Notes under the pieces: generated by a model
The model's database searches: none
Told to the model about the DNA's origin: nothing
Seen by the model: only the letters and a program-made list of their open reading frames with translations
Made by a program: the position numbers and the translations under genes
In this document: positions 9,042 to 19,507 of the stretch, piece after piece
Position numbering within the stretch: position 1 is the stretch's first letter
Layout: the number at the start of each line of letters is the position of its first letter
Assembly (NCBI GenBank): GCA_016789605.1
Contig: JAEUQO010000202.1
Location: forward strand, 421-64,420
Source of the DNA: Acidobacteriota bacterium
GTDB taxonomy: Bacteria > Acidobacteriota > Blastocatellia > RBC074
Length of the DNA stretch: 64,000 nt
Reading direction: 5' to 3'

Positions 9042-10553
9042 TTACGGCGTGGCGCGCAGTTTCTTGAGCGCTTCGGCGCTGCCGGTGTTGTTGGGATCAA
9101 GCGCAACTGCCCGCTCATAGTTTTTGATCGCTTGCGCCTTGTCGCCGCTGATCGCATAGGCTTCGCCCAAGCTGTCATACACATTGGACGATTGCGGAAA
9201 ATCCGCGACATTTTGCTGGAAAACGGCGATGGCGTCTTTGACGCGTTGATGAACATTGAGCAGTTCGTATCCCAAACTGTTCATCTGGTCTTCGGGGATG
9301 GCATTGGCTGGTTGCTCTTTGCGTTGTTGGCGGTATTCGTTGAGGGCGGCCTCTGCGCCCTGGGCAAGAATGTTTTTGAGCAGACGGCGTGGCGGCGAAT
9401 TGTAGGATTCGTAATTGAGCCAGGTGAGCGCTGGTTGTTCGCCGCCCACGGTGGCCGCGACGATTTCGCGTGCGATGGATAAGCCGCGCGCGCTGTTGGC
9501 AAAAAAGACGACTCCCAGTTTCTGTTTCTCAAACGCGACGACATAAGCTTTGCAATTGCCATTGTCGCCCCAATGCCAGAACGACACGCCGTCTTTGGTC
9601 GTTTGCAAGCCCCAGCCCAAGCCCCAACTGACATCCGGCACCGGTTGCGCATTCGGACGGAAAAGAGAATTGGCTCCGCCTGCCAGCACATTGCCTTGTG
9701 AGGTGAGCATCAATTGGCGGGTGGCTGGTTTCAGGCCTCTGCCTTGCAAGATCGCCGCGACGAACAACCCGAAATCCTGTGCCGTGGTGTGCAAACTGGC
9801 TGCCGCATTGGCGCTGCCTTGTCGGTTTTGTCCGGTGACTTTGCCGCTGGCATCGTGACGAAATGTCTTTTGCGTGTCGTAGCTGTTTTGCCAGATATAA
9901 CTGCTGTTGGTCATTCCCAGCGGCGTAAAAACTGTCGCCTTCATGAAGTCATTGAAGGATTGTCCGGTGACGTGTTCGATGACTTTGGCCAGATAAACAA
10001 ATCCTTCGCCGGAATAGCTGTAACGTTGGCCGGGCGTGAAAAAAATCTTCAGTGCGCCGTTGCGCCAGTTGGGAAAACCCGTGCGATGACTGAGCACGTG
10101 ACGCGCGGTAATCTGGCCAATGCGTGCATCGTCGGCAACGTCATAATTGCCGGGCAGGTATTTGTTCAGCGGCGTGTCGAGATCGAATTTGCCCGCATCC
10201 ACCAATTTCAGCACTGCATACGCAAACACAGGTTTGCTCAAACTGGCGGCTTCAAACACGGTTGTGTCGGTGACCGGTTCTTGCGTCTGTGCGTTTTTTA
10301 CGCCGTAACCGTGTTGCCAGACCAGCTTGCCGTCGCGCACCAATGCGATGGACAAGCCGGGAATCTGGGCTTCTTTCATCAACGGCGGCAGCATGGTTTC
10401 CAGACGCGCAGCGATTTCCGCCGGTTTGGCTTTGGTTTGCACTGGCACTGACTGTCCGCGCGTTTGTGCCGTGTTCACAACCACAAACAGCAATCCGGCA
10501 AGCAACAAAAGCAAGTTGGCGCGTGGTTTCACTGGTTTCCCCATTTTATTCAT
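9042..10553 (-). CDS. Secreted serine hydrolase (class C beta-lactamase-like) with C-terminal TPR
   Basis: Signal-like N-terminus, SxxK in FEAASLSK, LSHRTG, YSYSGEG, HWGDN, TPR NVYDSLGEAY. Start overlaps the permease stop (ATGAATAA). Confidence 0.88.
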   Translation of the reverse strand: MNKMGKPVKPRANLLLLLAGLLFVVVNTAQTRGQSVPVQTKAKPAEIAARLETMLPPLMKEAQIPGLSIALVRDGKLVWQHGYGVKNAQTQEPVTDTTVFEAASLSKPVFAYAVLKLVDAGKFDLDTPLNKYLPGNYDVADDARIGQITARHVLSHRTGFPNWRNGALKIFFTPGQRYSYSGEGFVYLAKVIEHVTGQSFNDFMKATVFTPLGMTNSSYIWQNSYDTQKTFRHDASGKVTGQNRQGSANAAASLHTTAQDFGLFVAAILQGRGLKPATRQLMLTSQGNVLAGGANSLFRPNAQPVPDVSWGLGWGLQTTKDGVSFWHWGDNGNCKAYVVAFEKQKLGVVFFANSARGLSIAREIVAATVGGEQPALTWLNYESYNSPPRRLLKNILAQGAEAALNEYRQQRKEQPANAIPEDQMNSLGYELLNVHQRVKDAIAVFQQNVADFPQSSNVYDSLGEAYAISGDKAQAIKNYERAVALDPNNTGSAEALKKLRATP

Positions 10554-12978
10554 ACCGTAATGCCGAAATCGGATTGGCTTTGGTGGCGCGATACGCCGGA
10601 ATGAAACAGGCCAGCAGCGCGACCACCGCGAGCAATACGGCGACGCCTGCAAACGTGCTGACATCCGTTGTGCTGACTTCAAACAGCAAACTGCGCAACC
10701 AGCGTGTGACCAGCAACGCCGTCAGCAACCCGGCTCCCAGACCAATGGCGATCAGTTTTGTGCCTTGGCCCAGAATCAGCGTCAGCACATCGCGCCGTTG
10801 TGCGCCCAGCGCCATGCGAATGCCGATTTCCTGTGTGCGTTGGGCGACAGCGTATGACATCACACCGTAAATGCCGACCATTGCCAGCGCGACGGCGACG
10901 CCGGCAAACACCAGCAACAACGTGGCCATAAATCGTTGCGGCGCAACCGAACGCGCCACCGCAGTCGCCAGCAACTGTTCCCGGCGAATGGGTTGATTCG
11001 GGTCAACGGCGGTGACCGCGTTGCGCAAACTGTTGATCAAGGTTTCTGCCGGAATTGCGCCGCGCGCGACAAGCACCATGCCCGCGCTGGGAACTTGCGC
11101 CGCCGGAATATAGACTTCCGGGTTGAAATCATCGTTCAGCGCCAGCAGCTTGACGTTGCCGATGACGCCGATGATCTCGCGCGAAACCGGTTTGCCATAA
11201 AGCTTGTCTTCTTCTGGCGTGCCCAGCGTCAGGTGTTTGCCGATCGGATTTTCGCCCGGCCAATACAATTGCGCCGCGCGTTCGTTGATGATGACCACGC
11301 CAGGACGGGTGCGGTCGTCGGCTTCGGTGAAATCGCGGCCTGCGCGCAAGGGAATGCCCAGCGTGGCAAAATAGCCGGGGAAAATTTCGTGATTATCGGC
11401 CACGGGTTGGTCTTCGTTGGGGCCGCGTGTGCGCCCGTCAATATCAAACGAAGTCGCGCCGCGTGAATTGTTGAACGGCAGATTGGTCGCTGACGATGCG
11501 GATTGCACGCCGGGAATTGCGCGTATGTTTTCCACCGCACGGCGGAAAAATTCTGCCTGTTGCCATTCGTCCGCATACCGTGCACGCGGCAAGCTGACTT
11601 GCGCGGTGACGACATTTTCCGTCTGAAAGCCCGGATTCACTTCGAGCAGCTTCCAGAAACTTTTGAGCAGCAAGCCTGACACGACCAGCAACAGCAACGA
11701 GAATCCGATTTCGGCCACAATCAAACCACTGCGAATCAATTTGAGGTTGCTTGCGCCCGACGCCGTACGGCTGTTTTCGCGCAGCGCCTGGTTCAGATCG
11801 GTTTTGGTTGCTTGCAGCGCGGGCACCAAGCCAAAAATGACGCCGGTCAACACCGACATGCCAAACGTAAAGGCAATGACCACGCCGTCAATCGTGACAG
11901 TTTTGGAGTTGGGTAGCGCATCTGGATAAATGCTGAACATTGCGCTGATGCCGTAACTGGCCAGCAGAATGCCCAGCACGCCGCCCAGCAAACCGAGCAA
12001 GACGCTTTCGGTCAGCAGCAAACGAATCAGACTCCAACGGGATGCGCCAAGCGCCGTGCGCAAGGCGATTTCCTTCCAACGAACGGTTGCGCGACCCAGC
12101 ACCAGATTGGCGACGTTGACACACGCAATCAGCAGCACCAACACCACCGCGCCAAACAGCACCTTCAACGGTTTTTCGATTTCGCCGACCAGTTCAGTGC
12201 GCAGCGGCATTACGTTGAAAGCGAGTTCGCGCATCGAGCTGGCGTTTTCGCGCACGATTTGTTGCGCGATGTTGTTGGTTTCTGCCTGGGCTTGCGCTTG
12301 GGTGACGCCCGGTTTCAAACGCGCGACGCTTTGCAAAAACGAAGTGCCGCGCTGGTATTTCGACAAATCCAGCGCGAGCGGCACCCAGATTTCGATGTTG
12401 GGGGCGGGAAAGGCAAACTCCGCCGGCATCACACCGACGATGGTGAATGGTTCCTGGTTGAGTTGAATCGTTTGTCCGAGGATGTTGGGGGTACCCGCAA
12501 ATTGGCGTTGCCATAATCCGAAGCTGATGACGGCGACACGATTCTTTCCGGGCGCGTCTTCTTCTTCAGTGAAAACGCGGCCCAGCACCGGCGTAGAACC
12601 AATCGTACGGCCAAAATCACTGGACGCCATAATGCCGCTCAACGATTGCGGCTGCCCGCTGCCGGTCAAGGCAAAGCTGGTATAGCGAAAGGCAAAATAC
12701 GAGGCGAAGCTCTGGCTGCGCTGACGCAAATCGGTGAAGTTGTGCGGCGACAAGGAAGAGCGTTCGTCGGGGCGTTCCGGGTCGGCATTCCAGATGTACA
12801 TCAATTGCTCGGCCTGGGGATAGGGCAACGCGCGTAAGAGCATCGCATTGACCACACTAAATACCGCCGTGTTTGCGCCGATGCCCAGACTCAACGTCAA
12901 AATCGCAATCAGCGCGTAGCCCGGATTTTTCCATAGCGCTTTGCCCGCAAAGCGCAAATCTCGCAACAAACTTTCCAT
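10546..12978 (-). CDS. ABC transporter permease, duplicated MacB/FtsX type (ADOP family)
   Basis: ~810 aa; [47 protein letters not shown]; ends PISALRYE. Confidence 0.92.
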   Translation of the reverse strand: MESLLRDLRFAGKALWKNPGYALIAILTLSLGIGANTAVFSVVNAMLLRALPYPQAEQLMYIWNADPERPDERSSLSPHNFTDLRQRSQSFASYFAFRYTSFALTGSGQPQSLSGIMASSDFGRTIGSTPVLGRVFTEEEDAPGKNRVAVISFGLWQRQFAGTPNILGQTIQLNQEPFTIVGVMPAEFAFPAPNIEIWVPLALDLSKYQRGTSFLQSVARLKPGVTQAQAQAETNNIAQQIVRENASSMRELAFNVMPLRTELVGEIEKPLKVLFGAVVLVLLIACVNVANLVLGRATVRWKEIALRTALGASRWSLIRLLLTESVLLGLLGGVLGILLASYGISAMFSIYPDALPNSKTVTIDGVVIAFTFGMSVLTGVIFGLVPALQATKTDLNQALRENSRTASGASNLKLIRSGLIVAEIGFSLLLLVVSGLLLKSFWKLLEVNPGFQTENVVTAQVSLPRARYADEWQQAEFFRRAVENIRAIPGVQSASSATNLPFNNSRGATSFDIDGRTRGPNEDQPVADNHEIFPGYFATLGIPLRAGRDFTEADDRTRPGVVIINERAAQLYWPGENPIGKHLTLGTPEEDKLYGKPVSREIIGVIGNVKLLALNDDFNPEVYIPAAQVPSAGMVLVARGAIPAETLINSLRNAVTAVDPNQPIRREQLLATAVARSVAPQRFMATLLLVFAGVAVALAMVGIYGVMSYAVAQRTQEIGIRMALGAQRRDVLTLILGQGTKLIAIGLGAGLLTALLVTRWLRSLLFEVSTTDVSTFAGVAVLLAVVALLACFIPAYRATKANPISALRYE

Positions 12979-13131
12979 CGTCACAATCCTTCTGAAAATG
13001 TTGATTGTTTTGTCTTTGGTCTAAATCAGAACACGCGACATTGATATACGACAAAGTCAGGACGCCAATATTCATCGGAATGTTTCAGCGTCGCGGGTTC
13101 TGATGACGGCTGTTACGATTTAGCCAGTGCG

Positions 13132-15579
13132 CTAGTCATGTCGCAGGGCCAGCATGGGATCAACGCGCATCGCACGGCGCGCCGGAACATAACAGGCCAG
13201 TAAGGAGACCAGGATCAACAACGTCGAGACACCGGTGAACGTCAGGACGTCCATCGCGCTGACGCCGTAGAGCAAACTGGACATCAATCGTGTGCCCGCC
13301 AGAGCGATGGCCAGACCGATGCCGACGCCCAGCGCCGTCAACGTCAATCCGTGCCCGATGATCAAGCGGAAGACGCTGCCTGCGCCTGCGCCCAACGCCA
13401 TGCGAATGCCGATTTCGCGCGTGCGTTGCGTGACGGCAAACGACATCACACCAAAGATTCCGATTGCCGCCAGCAACAATGCCAACAGCCCGAAGCTGCC
13501 CAGCAACGTGGCCGCTACACGCGCGGGGAACAAGGGCGTTTTCATGTGCTCGGTCATCGTTTTGACGTTGTAAACCGGCAGGTTGGCGTCCAGTTGTTGG
13601 AATTCGTGACGAATGGCCGTTAGTACGCTTTGTTCATCACCCGCAGTGCGCACCACCATCGTCAGAAAGCTGCCGTCTTTCGGGCGCAGATTGACGAACG
13701 TCATCGGCGTTGGGTCTTCTCCCAAACTCCAATATTTGCCGTTTTGCACGATGCCGACGATTTCAAACCACGGACCTTCCGCGCCTTCAAAACTGAAGCG
13801 TTTGCCCACAGCTGATTCATTGGGCCAGAACCGCCGCGCAAAGGTTTCGTTGACGATGGACGTGCGCGGGCGGTTTTCGCCGTCCTGGTCGTCGAAATCG
13901 CGCCCTTGCAGCAAGCGCGCACCCAACGCAGGCAAAAATCCCGGCGACGCCGAAGACACCATGGAAATCGGCGCGTTGGCTCCGCGTTCCGCCGGACGAC
14001 CTTCGACGTAAATCGAGTTTTGGTTGATGTTCATGCTGAGCGGCAGGAAATCTGTCAGTCCGGCTTGTTGCACGCCTGGCAAGGCGCGCACGCGATCCAG
14101 CAATTGTTGTTTGAATTGTTTGGCGCGTGCGCCGTCGTAACCTTGCAACGCCAGATCAAATGACATTTCAATGGCGTTTTGTGGCACAAAGCCGGGGTTG
14201 AGCAATTGCGCGCGCTGCAATCCGCGCAGCACCAGACCCGCGCACACCAGCAAGACCAACGACAGCGACATCTGCAACACGACCAACCCGCTGCGCAACC
14301 ACGAACGGCGATAGCCGCCCACCGACGTTTCGTCTTTCAGGGCGGGCACAAGTTCCGGCTTGGTGGCCTGTAACGCGGGCAGCAACCCGAACACGACGCC
14401 GGTCACCAGCGAGGCCAGTCCCGTAAAGAGCAACACGCGATAATCAATGTGCAAATCCGTCGCCAGCGGAATATCCATCGGCGGTTTGAAAGCCATCATC
14501 GCATCTACCAGCCAGTAGGCCAGCAACAATCCCAACACGCCGCCCAAACCGGCAAGCAAAACGCTTTCGGTCAGCAACTGCCGAATCAACCGAACGCGAC
14601 TAGCGCCGATGGCCAGACGAATCGCGATTTCCTTGCGCCGCTCAGTCGCACGCGCCAGCAACAGGTTGGCCAGATTCGTGCACGCCAGCAACAGCACCAG
14701 TCCGACAATCGCCATCAGCACTCCGGCAAATTGCAATGTCGGCCCGCGCAAAAACGATCCGAACAACCCCGCCGGAGACAGGTTGATCGTTTTGTTTTCG
14801 TTTTGGTTGGGGAATTCCGCTGCCAACTGTGCGGCAATGCCTTTCAGGGCCGCTTCGGCTTGCGCAACGCTGACGCCCGGTTTCAGGCGTCCCTGGACAA
14901 AGATGTTTTCGCTGTCGCGGCTTTCCAGATAATCGTTACTGGGTTCGATTTGCTTCTGCATCATGATCGGAAACCACATTTCGGTTTGGTAACCGATTTC
15001 CGAACCGATGAAGCCTTTGGGCATGACGCCGATCACACTGTAATTGTGTCCGTTGACGATGACGGTTTTGCCGACGATGCCCGGATCGCCGCCAAAGCGT
15101 TTTTGCCAGCAAGCATAGGTGAGCACCGTCACCGGATGTGCGCCCGGCGCTTTGTCGTCTTCCGTGGTAAAGGCGCGCCCCAGCGCAGCTTGTACGCCCA
15201 ATACATCGAAATAATTGCCCGACGCCAGATAGCCCCACAGCCGTTCATTGACGCCGTCGTGACTTAAACTCAGCGGCACAAAGCGATAGGTGATCACCCC
15301 GGAAAGGACATCGCTGCTACGGTCGCGGACGTCGCGGTAATTCAGATAGGAAAACGTCGGGAATTCACGGTCGCCTTTGACCGAACCGTTGTTAAGAGAA
15401 ACCAGTTGTTCCGGATTGGCGACCGGCAACGGGCGTAACAACGCTGTATTGACCAAACTGAAAATCGCCGAGTTCGCGCCAATGCCCAGCGCCAACGAAA
15501 TGATGGCAATCAGGGAAAAGCCCGGCGTTTTGCGTAACCGGCGCAAACTCACGCGCACATCTTGTAACAAGGTTTCCAT
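13132..15579 (-). CDS. ABC transporter permease, duplicated MacB/FtsX type (ADOP family)
   Basis: 815 aa; [37 protein letters not shown]; ends DPMLALRHD. Confidence 0.92.
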   Translation of the reverse strand: METLLQDVRVSLRRLRKTPGFSLIAIISLALGIGANSAIFSLVNTALLRPLPVANPEQLVSLNNGSVKGDREFPTFSYLNYRDVRDRSSDVLSGVITYRFVPLSLSHDGVNERLWGYLASGNYFDVLGVQAALGRAFTTEDDKAPGAHPVTVLTYACWQKRFGGDPGIVGKTVIVNGHNYSVIGVMPKGFIGSEIGYQTEMWFPIMMQKQIEPSNDYLESRDSENIFVQGRLKPGVSVAQAEAALKGIAAQLAAEFPNQNENKTINLSPAGLFGSFLRGPTLQFAGVLMAIVGLVLLLACTNLANLLLARATERRKEIAIRLAIGASRVRLIRQLLTESVLLAGLGGVLGLLLAYWLVDAMMAFKPPMDIPLATDLHIDYRVLLFTGLASLVTGVVFGLLPALQATKPELVPALKDETSVGGYRRSWLRSGLVVLQMSLSLVLLVCAGLVLRGLQRAQLLNPGFVPQNAIEMSFDLALQGYDGARAKQFKQQLLDRVRALPGVQQAGLTDFLPLSMNINQNSIYVEGRPAERGANAPISMVSSASPGFLPALGARLLQGRDFDDQDGENRPRTSIVNETFARRFWPNESAVGKRFSFEGAEGPWFEIVGIVQNGKYWSLGEDPTPMTFVNLRPKDGSFLTMVVRTAGDEQSVLTAIRHEFQQLDANLPVYNVKTMTEHMKTPLFPARVAATLLGSFGLLALLLAAIGIFGVMSFAVTQRTREIGIRMALGAGAGSVFRLIIGHGLTLTALGVGIGLAIALAGTRLMSSLLYGVSAMDVLTFTGVSTLLILVSLLACYVPARRAMRVDPMLALRHD

Positions 15580-15788
15580 AAGACGCTTCCTCTCGTTTTA
15601 CGCATCGCGATTTCTTTGACCCACTTCATACGCACAAAGTGCTAGCGCGGATGGCGTTCTCTCAACTTTGTCTCTAACGAACCAGGGCAAGTAACAACCA
15701 AATGTCGTGCCAACTGTGCCGGCAAGGTAACTCTTGGCGTTGTTGGCCTTTTTCAACCTGTGTGTTTAGCGGATTTGTACGAGCTGTC

Positions 15789-15818
15789 CGATTCCGGGAA
15801 TGAGATTTCCCGGAATCG
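15789..15818. promoter_or_regulatory. Perfect 12-6-12 inverted repeat, possible operator or enhancer between divergent genes
   Basis: CGATTCCGGGAA-tgagat-TTCCCGGAATCG in the 15580-16027 divergent intergenic region. Confidence 0.4.
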
Positions 15819-16027
15819 AAACGCCACACCTCGCGGATGGACGTACTGAGGAATTGGTGATGCGTTCCGTTCCGCGCCACAAAATATCTTTCCTGTGTTG
15901 CCGGGTTTTACGTGGGATTTGCGCTTACATCAGTGACGGTCATTGACGCACAACAACAGGTTGGTGCGCGGTTTTATGTAACAAGAATTTCCAAGTTTGT
16001 TCTCAGCCACTGTAAGGGGATACCGCC

Positions 16028-19000
16028 ATGCAGACACAACCAAAGCCAAAACGTGGGAACGCGACGCGGTCGAGCCAGCCGATGTCGCGGATGTTGGCGC
16101 TGATTCTGGTTGCCCTGGCACTCGGTGCGGGAGCGGTCGGTTGGCATTTTGCCAGCACCGCTTCCGCGCAGGAGGCCCAAAAGCCACAGCTCAGCCAAAC
16201 GGCTTTGCGCCAGATTGCCGCCTTGATGCAAGAGAAAGAGGGGCGTTCACCCGCCCAGCAAAAGATTGATTCGCAACTGCTTTACAAATTGAAGCAAAAA
16301 CGTGGCGAAGACATCGCGCCGGGGTTGCCACGCCTGGCCGTGAATGTGCCCGAAGATGCGGCGGGTAAAGTTCTGGTGGACATTCGTGCCCGGGTGACGC
16401 CAGAACTGCTCGCCGCCATTCGTCAGCTTGACGGGCAAGTTGTTTACGCCTTCGAAGCGTTTAATACGATTCGCGCGCGCGTGCCGCTTACGCGGCTCGA
16501 AGCGATTGCCGAAGCCAACGAAGTCAAATTCATTCAGCGTGCGCGCGAGCCATACACCAGCCGCGTTGACGCTGTGCAGACCTCCCCCCAACAAACTGTT
16601 GTCGCGCCGGTCAACCGCGCGACTCGCGTTGCAAACATACGCGAACAATTGACGCGCGCGTTGCCCGCGCTGGCAACAGCCAAAGCCAAACGACGCCTGC
16701 CGCTGACGGGCGCAATCAACACTCAGGGCGATACCGCGCATCGCGCCGATCAGGTGCGTGCACTGGGAATCAACGGCGCAGGCATTCGCGTCGGCGTGTT
16801 GTCTGATGGTGTGAATGCCCTGGCGGCGCAACAGATGGCGGGTGAATTGCCCGCGACCGTGACCGTCGTGCCCGGTCAGGCCGGCAACGGCGACGAAGGC
16901 ACGGCGATGCTCGAAATCATCCACGACCTGGCCCCCGGCGCTGATTTGTTTTTTGCGCGCGGCGGCGGCGGCCCGGCGAACATGGCCAACAACATCACAA
17001 CGTTGGCCGGTGCGCCGTATAACTGCGACATCATCGTGGATGACATTTTCTATACCAATGTCGGTGTGTTTCAGGATGACGTCATTGCCCAGGCGGTAAA
17101 CACCGTCGCCGCTGCGGGCGTGCTGTATTTCACTTCGGCGGGCAATGCGGGCAATCTCAACGATACGACGTCTGGCGTGTGGGAAGGCGATTTCGTTGAT
17201 GGCGGTACGTTGGCGCTGGTGCCGGGCGGACGCGTGCACGATTTCGGCGGCGGCGTGACGAATAACCGTCTGACGGGGATCGGCGGTGGCAGCACCAGCC
17301 GGTTGCCGGTTTCGTTGAAATGGTCCGACCCGTTGGGAGGGGCAAACAACGATTACGACCTGTTCATTCTGAATGCGGGGATGACGGCGGTGTTGGCAAT
17401 GTCTACCAACACGCAAAACGGCAGTCAGGACCCGTTGGAAGAAATAGACAACGCTGATCCGCCTGCTGCGCCGACGTTCAACGTGGGCGACCGCGTCGTG
17501 ATTTTGCGCCGGACAGGTGCGGCAACGCGTGCGTTACACCTGAACACCAATCGCGGCCAATTGACGGTCGGCACGGACGGGCAGATTTTTGGTCACAAAG
17601 GCACGCCGAGCGCCGTCAGCGTCGCGGCTGTGTTCAGAGTCGGCGGCGGCAATCGCTTTACCGGCGGCGCCGCGAATCCGGTCGAAACATACAGTTCGGA
17701 TGGCCCGCGTCGCATGTTTTATGACGCCGCAGGCAACGCGCTGACGGCGGGCAATGTGCTTTTTGGCTCGAACGGTGGCGCGGTACGCCAAAAGCCGGAC
17801 ATCGCGGCGGCGGATTGCGTCAGCACGGCTGCGCCGGGATTCGCCAATTTCTGCGGCACGTCTGCTGCTGCGCCGCACGCGGCGGCGATTGCGGCGCTGG
17901 TCTGGTCAACCAATACCGGACTGACTTCCGCGCAAGTTCGCGCGGCGCTGACTGCGACCGCGCTCGACATCGAAGGCCCCGGATTCGACCGTGATTCGGG
18001 TTTTGGAATTGCGATGGCGTTAAATGCCATCGGCGCGGTTTCGGCGGCGGATTTGAGCATTACCAAAACAGATTCACCTGATCCGGTCATCGCGGGCACA
18101 AACCTGACCTACACGATCAACGTCAGCAACAGCGGCGCTGGGCCGGCGACGTTTGCCCGGATGAATGATCCGTTGCCTGTGGGCACGACCTTTCAATCGC
18201 TGACAGCGCCTGCGGATTGGACGTGCTCCGCGCCCGGAGTCGGTGCCAATGGCCCGGTCAATTGTCGCAAAGACTCCATGGCCAACGGTGAAACCGCCAG
18301 CTTCACGATCGTGGTGCGCGTCGGAGCCGCCGTGCCGGATGGCACCGTGCTCAACAACACGGCGACGATTTCGGCGACGTCTTCTGATCCGAACAACGGG
18401 AACAATTCGGCGACGGCAACCACCAACGTGATTGCGCGCGCTGACCTGGAATTGCTGAGCAAGGTTGATACGCCTGATCCGGTGGTGACGAATAATCCGC
18501 TGACCTACACGATCACTTTGCGCAACAACGGCCCCAGCAATGCGGTCAACGTCACCTTGAGCGATCCGCTGCCGGTTGGCGCGCTGTTCAATTCCTGCGC
18601 GGCAGACAGCGGCGGTGTTTGTGGCGGGAGCGGGCAAAATCGCACCGTCACGTATGTTTCGCTGGCGGTGGGCGCGACAGCCACCGTGACATTCAACACC
18701 ACGGCGAATTGCATTCTGGCGAATGGCGCTGTGATCAATAACGTGGTGACGATTTCGGCGACGACCAGCGATCCGAATCCGGCGAACAACTCTGCGGCGG
18801 CAGCGACCGTGGCGCAAAATCCGCCACCCGTGATCACCTGTCCGCCTGACCAGGATGTGATTGCCGCCACACCCGGCAGCACAACCGCAATCGTGACATT
18901 TCCCAATCCTGTAGTGGTGGATAACTGTCCCGGCGCAACGGTTGTTTGTACGCCCGCTTCCGGTTCGGCGTTTTCGTTGGGAACGACGACAGTCAATTGC

Positions 19001-19354
19001 ACGGCAACGGATTCGGGCGGCGCGACAGCCTCGTGCAGCTTCAACGTCACGGTGTGGGATGTTTGCATCAAGGACGATGTGAGCAAGGATTATCTGCTCT
19101 TCAATTCGTTCACGGGCGATTACAAATTCGTTCGTTGTTTGACCGACACCTTTGTGCTGGTGGGGCAGGGAATTGTGACGCGCCAGGGTTGCGTGACGAC
19201 CTTGCACGACGGTGCGCGTGTGACTGCTTCCTATGACCGCTGCGTCATCGCGCCCAAAAACACCGGTGGCGCACGGATCAAACGGCAACAACCCGATACG
19301 ACGTTTGTGCTGAAAGATCGAAACATTCTCAACAACTCGCCAACGTGTCCCTGA
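16028..19354 (+). CDS. Secreted S8/S53-like serine peptidase with two DUF11 repeats and a HYR domain
   Basis: Signal peptide, propeptide, GVLSDG, DEGTAM, SAGNAG, KPDIAA, GTSAAAPH; ADLSITKTDSPDPV and ADLELLSKVDTPDPV repeats; HYR-like CTPASGSAFSLGTTTVNCTATD. Confidence 0.88.
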   Translation: MQTQPKPKRGNATRSSQPMSRMLALILVALALGAGAVGWHFASTASAQEAQKPQLSQTALRQIAALMQEKEGRSPAQQKIDSQLLYKLKQKRGEDIAPGLPRLAVNVPEDAAGKVLVDIRARVTPELLAAIRQLDGQVVYAFEAFNTIRARVPLTRLEAIAEANEVKFIQRAREPYTSRVDAVQTSPQQTVVAPVNRATRVANIREQLTRALPALATAKAKRRLPLTGAINTQGDTAHRADQVRALGINGAGIRVGVLSDGVNALAAQQMAGELPATVTVVPGQAGNGDEGTAMLEIIHDLAPGADLFFARGGGGPANMANNITTLAGAPYNCDIIVDDIFYTNVGVFQDDVIAQAVNTVAAAGVLYFTSAGNAGNLNDTTSGVWEGDFVDGGTLALVPGGRVHDFGGGVTNNRLTGIGGGSTSRLPVSLKWSDPLGGANNDYDLFILNAGMTAVLAMSTNTQNGSQDPLEEIDNADPPAAPTFNVGDRVVILRRTGAATRALHLNTNRGQLTVGTDGQIFGHKGTPSAVSVAAVFRVGGGNRFTGGAANPVETYSSDGPRRMFYDAAGNALTAGNVLFGSNGGAVRQKPDIAAADCVSTAAPGFANFCGTSAAAPHAAAIAALVWSTNTGLTSAQVRAALTATALDIEGPGFDRDSGFGIAMALNAIGAVSAADLSITKTDSPDPVIAGTNLTYTINVSNSGAGPATFARMNDPLPVGTTFQSLTAPADWTCSAPGVGANGPVNCRKDSMANGETASFTIVVRVGAAVPDGTVLNNTATISATSSDPNNGNNSATATTNVIARADLELLSKVDTPDPVVTNNPLTYTITLRNNGPSNAVNVTLSDPLPVGALFNSCAADSGGVCGGSGQNRTVTYVSLAVGATATVTFNTTANCILANGAVINNVVTISATTSDPNPANNSAAAATVAQNPPPVITCPPDQDVIAATPGSTTAIVTFPNPVVVDNCPGATVVCTPASGSAFSLGTTTVNCTATDSGGATASCSFNVTVWDVCIKDDVSKDYLLFNSFTGDYKFVRCLTDTFVLVGQGIVTRQGCVTTLHDGARVTASYDRCVIAPKNTGGARIKRQQPDTTFVLKDRNILNNSPTCP

Positions 19355-19384
19355 GCAGGGATTGATCAGGAGAGTTCGTTCAAG

Positions 19385-19475
19385 TTTGCGAAAGGCAGGA
19401 AAACATTGCCGCGGCTGGGCAAACGGGGGCACGGCCGTAAAAGGGGGCAAGAGCGCATCACCTGCCTTTCGCAAA
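19385..19475. terminator. 15-bp inverted repeat between convergent genes, possible terminator
   Basis: TTTGCGAAAGGCAGG (19385-19399) and CCTGCCTTTCGCAAA (19461-19475), followed by ATCTCTTTTTT; the ~60-nt loop is atypical. Confidence 0.4.
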
Positions 19476-19507
19476 ATCTCTTTTTTGCTTCAATGTGACA
19501 ACACACG

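Noticed and set aside
9042-10553. Beta-lactamase-like gene as self-resistance or prodrug peptidase for the NRPS
   Set aside because: It lies over 15 kb away on the opposite strand, is coupled to a permease, and belongs to a common family; nothing links it to the cluster.
18074-19474. 466-aa minus-strand ORF and many other 100-390 aa overlapping ORFs
   Set aside because: They are antisense or off-frame shadows of well-supported genes in GC-rich DNA and carry no recognisable motifs.
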